Below, piece by piece: positions 7,413-8,992 of a stretch of DNA of 8,992 nucleotides. The stretch's first letter is position 1; every line of letters begins with the position of its first letter. The position numbers were made by a program, and so were the translations under genes. This DNA is from Anthoceros angustus (Eukaryota > Plantae > Anthocerotophyta), in assembly GCA_010909165.1 (NCBI GenBank), contig VJWM01000426.1:1-8992 (forward strand). The letters are read 5' to 3'. The notes beneath the pieces were generated by a model that was not told the origin of the DNA, did no database searches, and was given only the letters and a program-made list of their open reading frames with translations.

Positions 7413-7590
7413 ATAGAGTAGAAAGCATAGACTGATGGATGGAAACATTTTACCATCCAAGTCAAAACTAGAATAGGAGGGTAAAGAATGGATCAACCAA
7501 GTGAATATAGAGTAAAAAAGGCGATGAATGGAAACATTTTACCATCCAAATCAAAACTAGAACAAGAGGTAAAGAATGATCAAGTGAATA
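7413..7590. repeat. Two-copy tandem duplication, ~90-94 bp unit
   Basis: ATAGAGTA...GATG(G/A)ATGGAAACATTTTACCATCCAA(G/A)TCAAAACTAGAA...GGTAAAGAATG..ATCAA...GTGAATA starts at 7413 and 7507. Confidence 0.92.
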
Positions 7591-8412
7591 GCAAGTGCAG
7601 CACAATACCATGGTAGATTGTAATCTGAGGGAGGCCTAGTAATTCCAACACAATCGCTAATCGGCGGTAAAACATCTTACATTAGTACCATTCATGCGGA
7701 TCCGGGATATACAAAAACCAACAAAGAAATATCATCTTTGCAAAGTTTCCTGTATATCCGAATTGCATGAATTCAAAATAACAGAAAATAGAGAAAATAC
7801 CAGAATAGTTGATCCTCCTTATTCAAATTACAAATCTACATATACAAAGTAAATTAGGCTTGTAACCAATTAGGATTCGAATAGGCGCAAAGAAAAGTTC
7901 ATTAGAAAAGATTCCCACCTTATTTTGGAAAATTGATGTACAATTGTAGAGATTGAAGACATAGTTTCCAAGACCACTTGGTTTAACGCAACTTGTCCAA
8001 CATTATCATAGTTTGCGGTTGATGAACACGGGGCTTTGGAGAAATTCTTCATCTTCACGAAAGTTGAGAACCTAATCAAACATTACCGTCTTAGTCTACT
8101 AAAGTAAAATTAGCGATCAAAATCAAGGGAACAATTAAATCAACTTACACTTATATGGTTTTCCATGGATGGAAGTGGGCGCTGGAGTAAACATTGTCAA
8201 TAGTTTGCGCTGCCTTTCCCACGCAATCTTCGCATTTCCTGTTGCTCCTTCTGCTTCTTTGTTTGAGTTTTTCCTGCTTGTTTGAAATACTCTTGCCTCC
8301 TTTCGACATTTTTCTCCTTTGGATCTCCAAAGCTTTCTCTCTTTGAAACTCGGTTACTGACCTTGCGCCTCTGTTGTTCAATCAATGATTCTAAATCATT
8401 TTCGTTGAAATA

Positions 8413-8992
8413 AATCTGGGTTTTGTGCCAATGCATGATGATTGTCAATATGTAATGATTGGCTCCTTTTGTGGTGTCCAAGATCGACTAGTCTTCGACC
8501 ATATTGCTTCCTTAGAGGCACGTGTCGAGGTGATTACGCCTCCGTTGATGAAAGGGACACGATTTACTTCTTTGAGGACCAAGTGACGCTCCACCGGCCA
8601 ATAAAGCATAGGCGGCGGATCTCCTTGTGTCGGGATCTGCGGCCCTGCATCCACGGTGCACAAGCGTAAGTTCCTCCCTTTATATCTACATTTGGTATAA
8701 TGTATGCCATGGTCACTTGTGCCTTTCAAATATCTCAAAATCCGGCAGCGGCGGCGGTGTGCCCTTCCGGACTTTTGGTCTTTGTGGCTCATGCTCCTTT
8801 GGAAGAGCTACGAATTCGGTACATTGTGGAGCAATAAATAAAGAACCAAGCTTGAGCATACGGGGCGCCACCATCTCCGACGCCGGAATCGGTCACTTTG
8901 GAGGCGGCGGTTGTCAACACATCCGGTCTCGAGAGGTGTAACATCTTTGCCTCCTCAAGTTTGTACTTAAATAGCATATCGAGAATGTATTT
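8413..8992 (-). mobile_element. Ty1/copia pol fragment (RT C-terminus and RNase H), degenerate and truncated
   Basis: Minus-strand frames give KYILDMLFKYKLEEAK, TPLETG, PYAQ..GSL, RILRYLKGTSDHGIHY and ASKEAIW, then LVDLGH.QKEPIITY.DN.S.I.LAQNPD. These are the conserved copia RT/RNase H motifs in order, with many indels. Recognisable homology stops at about 8413. Confidence 0.88.

Noticed and set aside
6841-8992. One intact retrotransposon made from the LTR/PBS and the right-hand pol fragment
   Set aside because: They lie on opposite strands and are separated by unrelated sequence.

Overview
Plant nuclear genomic DNA from a TE-rich, gene-dense region. GC-rich coding sequence, 108-132 bp introns and a spherulin-like germin suggest a non-seed plant such as Selaginella; this is inference only. 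Three host genes are recognisable once the reading frames are stitched together. (1) A C-terminal remnant of an SGNH/PC-esterase-like gene (~918-1604, +) is a true pseudogene with nonsense codons. (2) An intronless, stand-alone, secreted legume (L-type) lectin gene lies at 2706-3605 (-). (3) A four-exon germin-like/cupin gene lies at 5220-6234 (-). The lectin and germin each carry about 7-10 small, apparently deletion-type frameshifts but no premature stops in the rebuilt frame, so they may be intact genes in an indel-prone sequence. Ty1/copia debris flanks the genes: an RNase H tail and putative LTR at the left, an LTR + tRNA-iMet PBS + internally deleted gag/protease remnant at 6841-7260, and an RT/RNase H fragment at the right end (-). 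There is also a ~65 bp minisatellite and three 2-copy tandem duplications. I see no clearly new biological system. The most interesting items are the atypical lectin, the cysteine-rearranged germin and the frameshift pattern.
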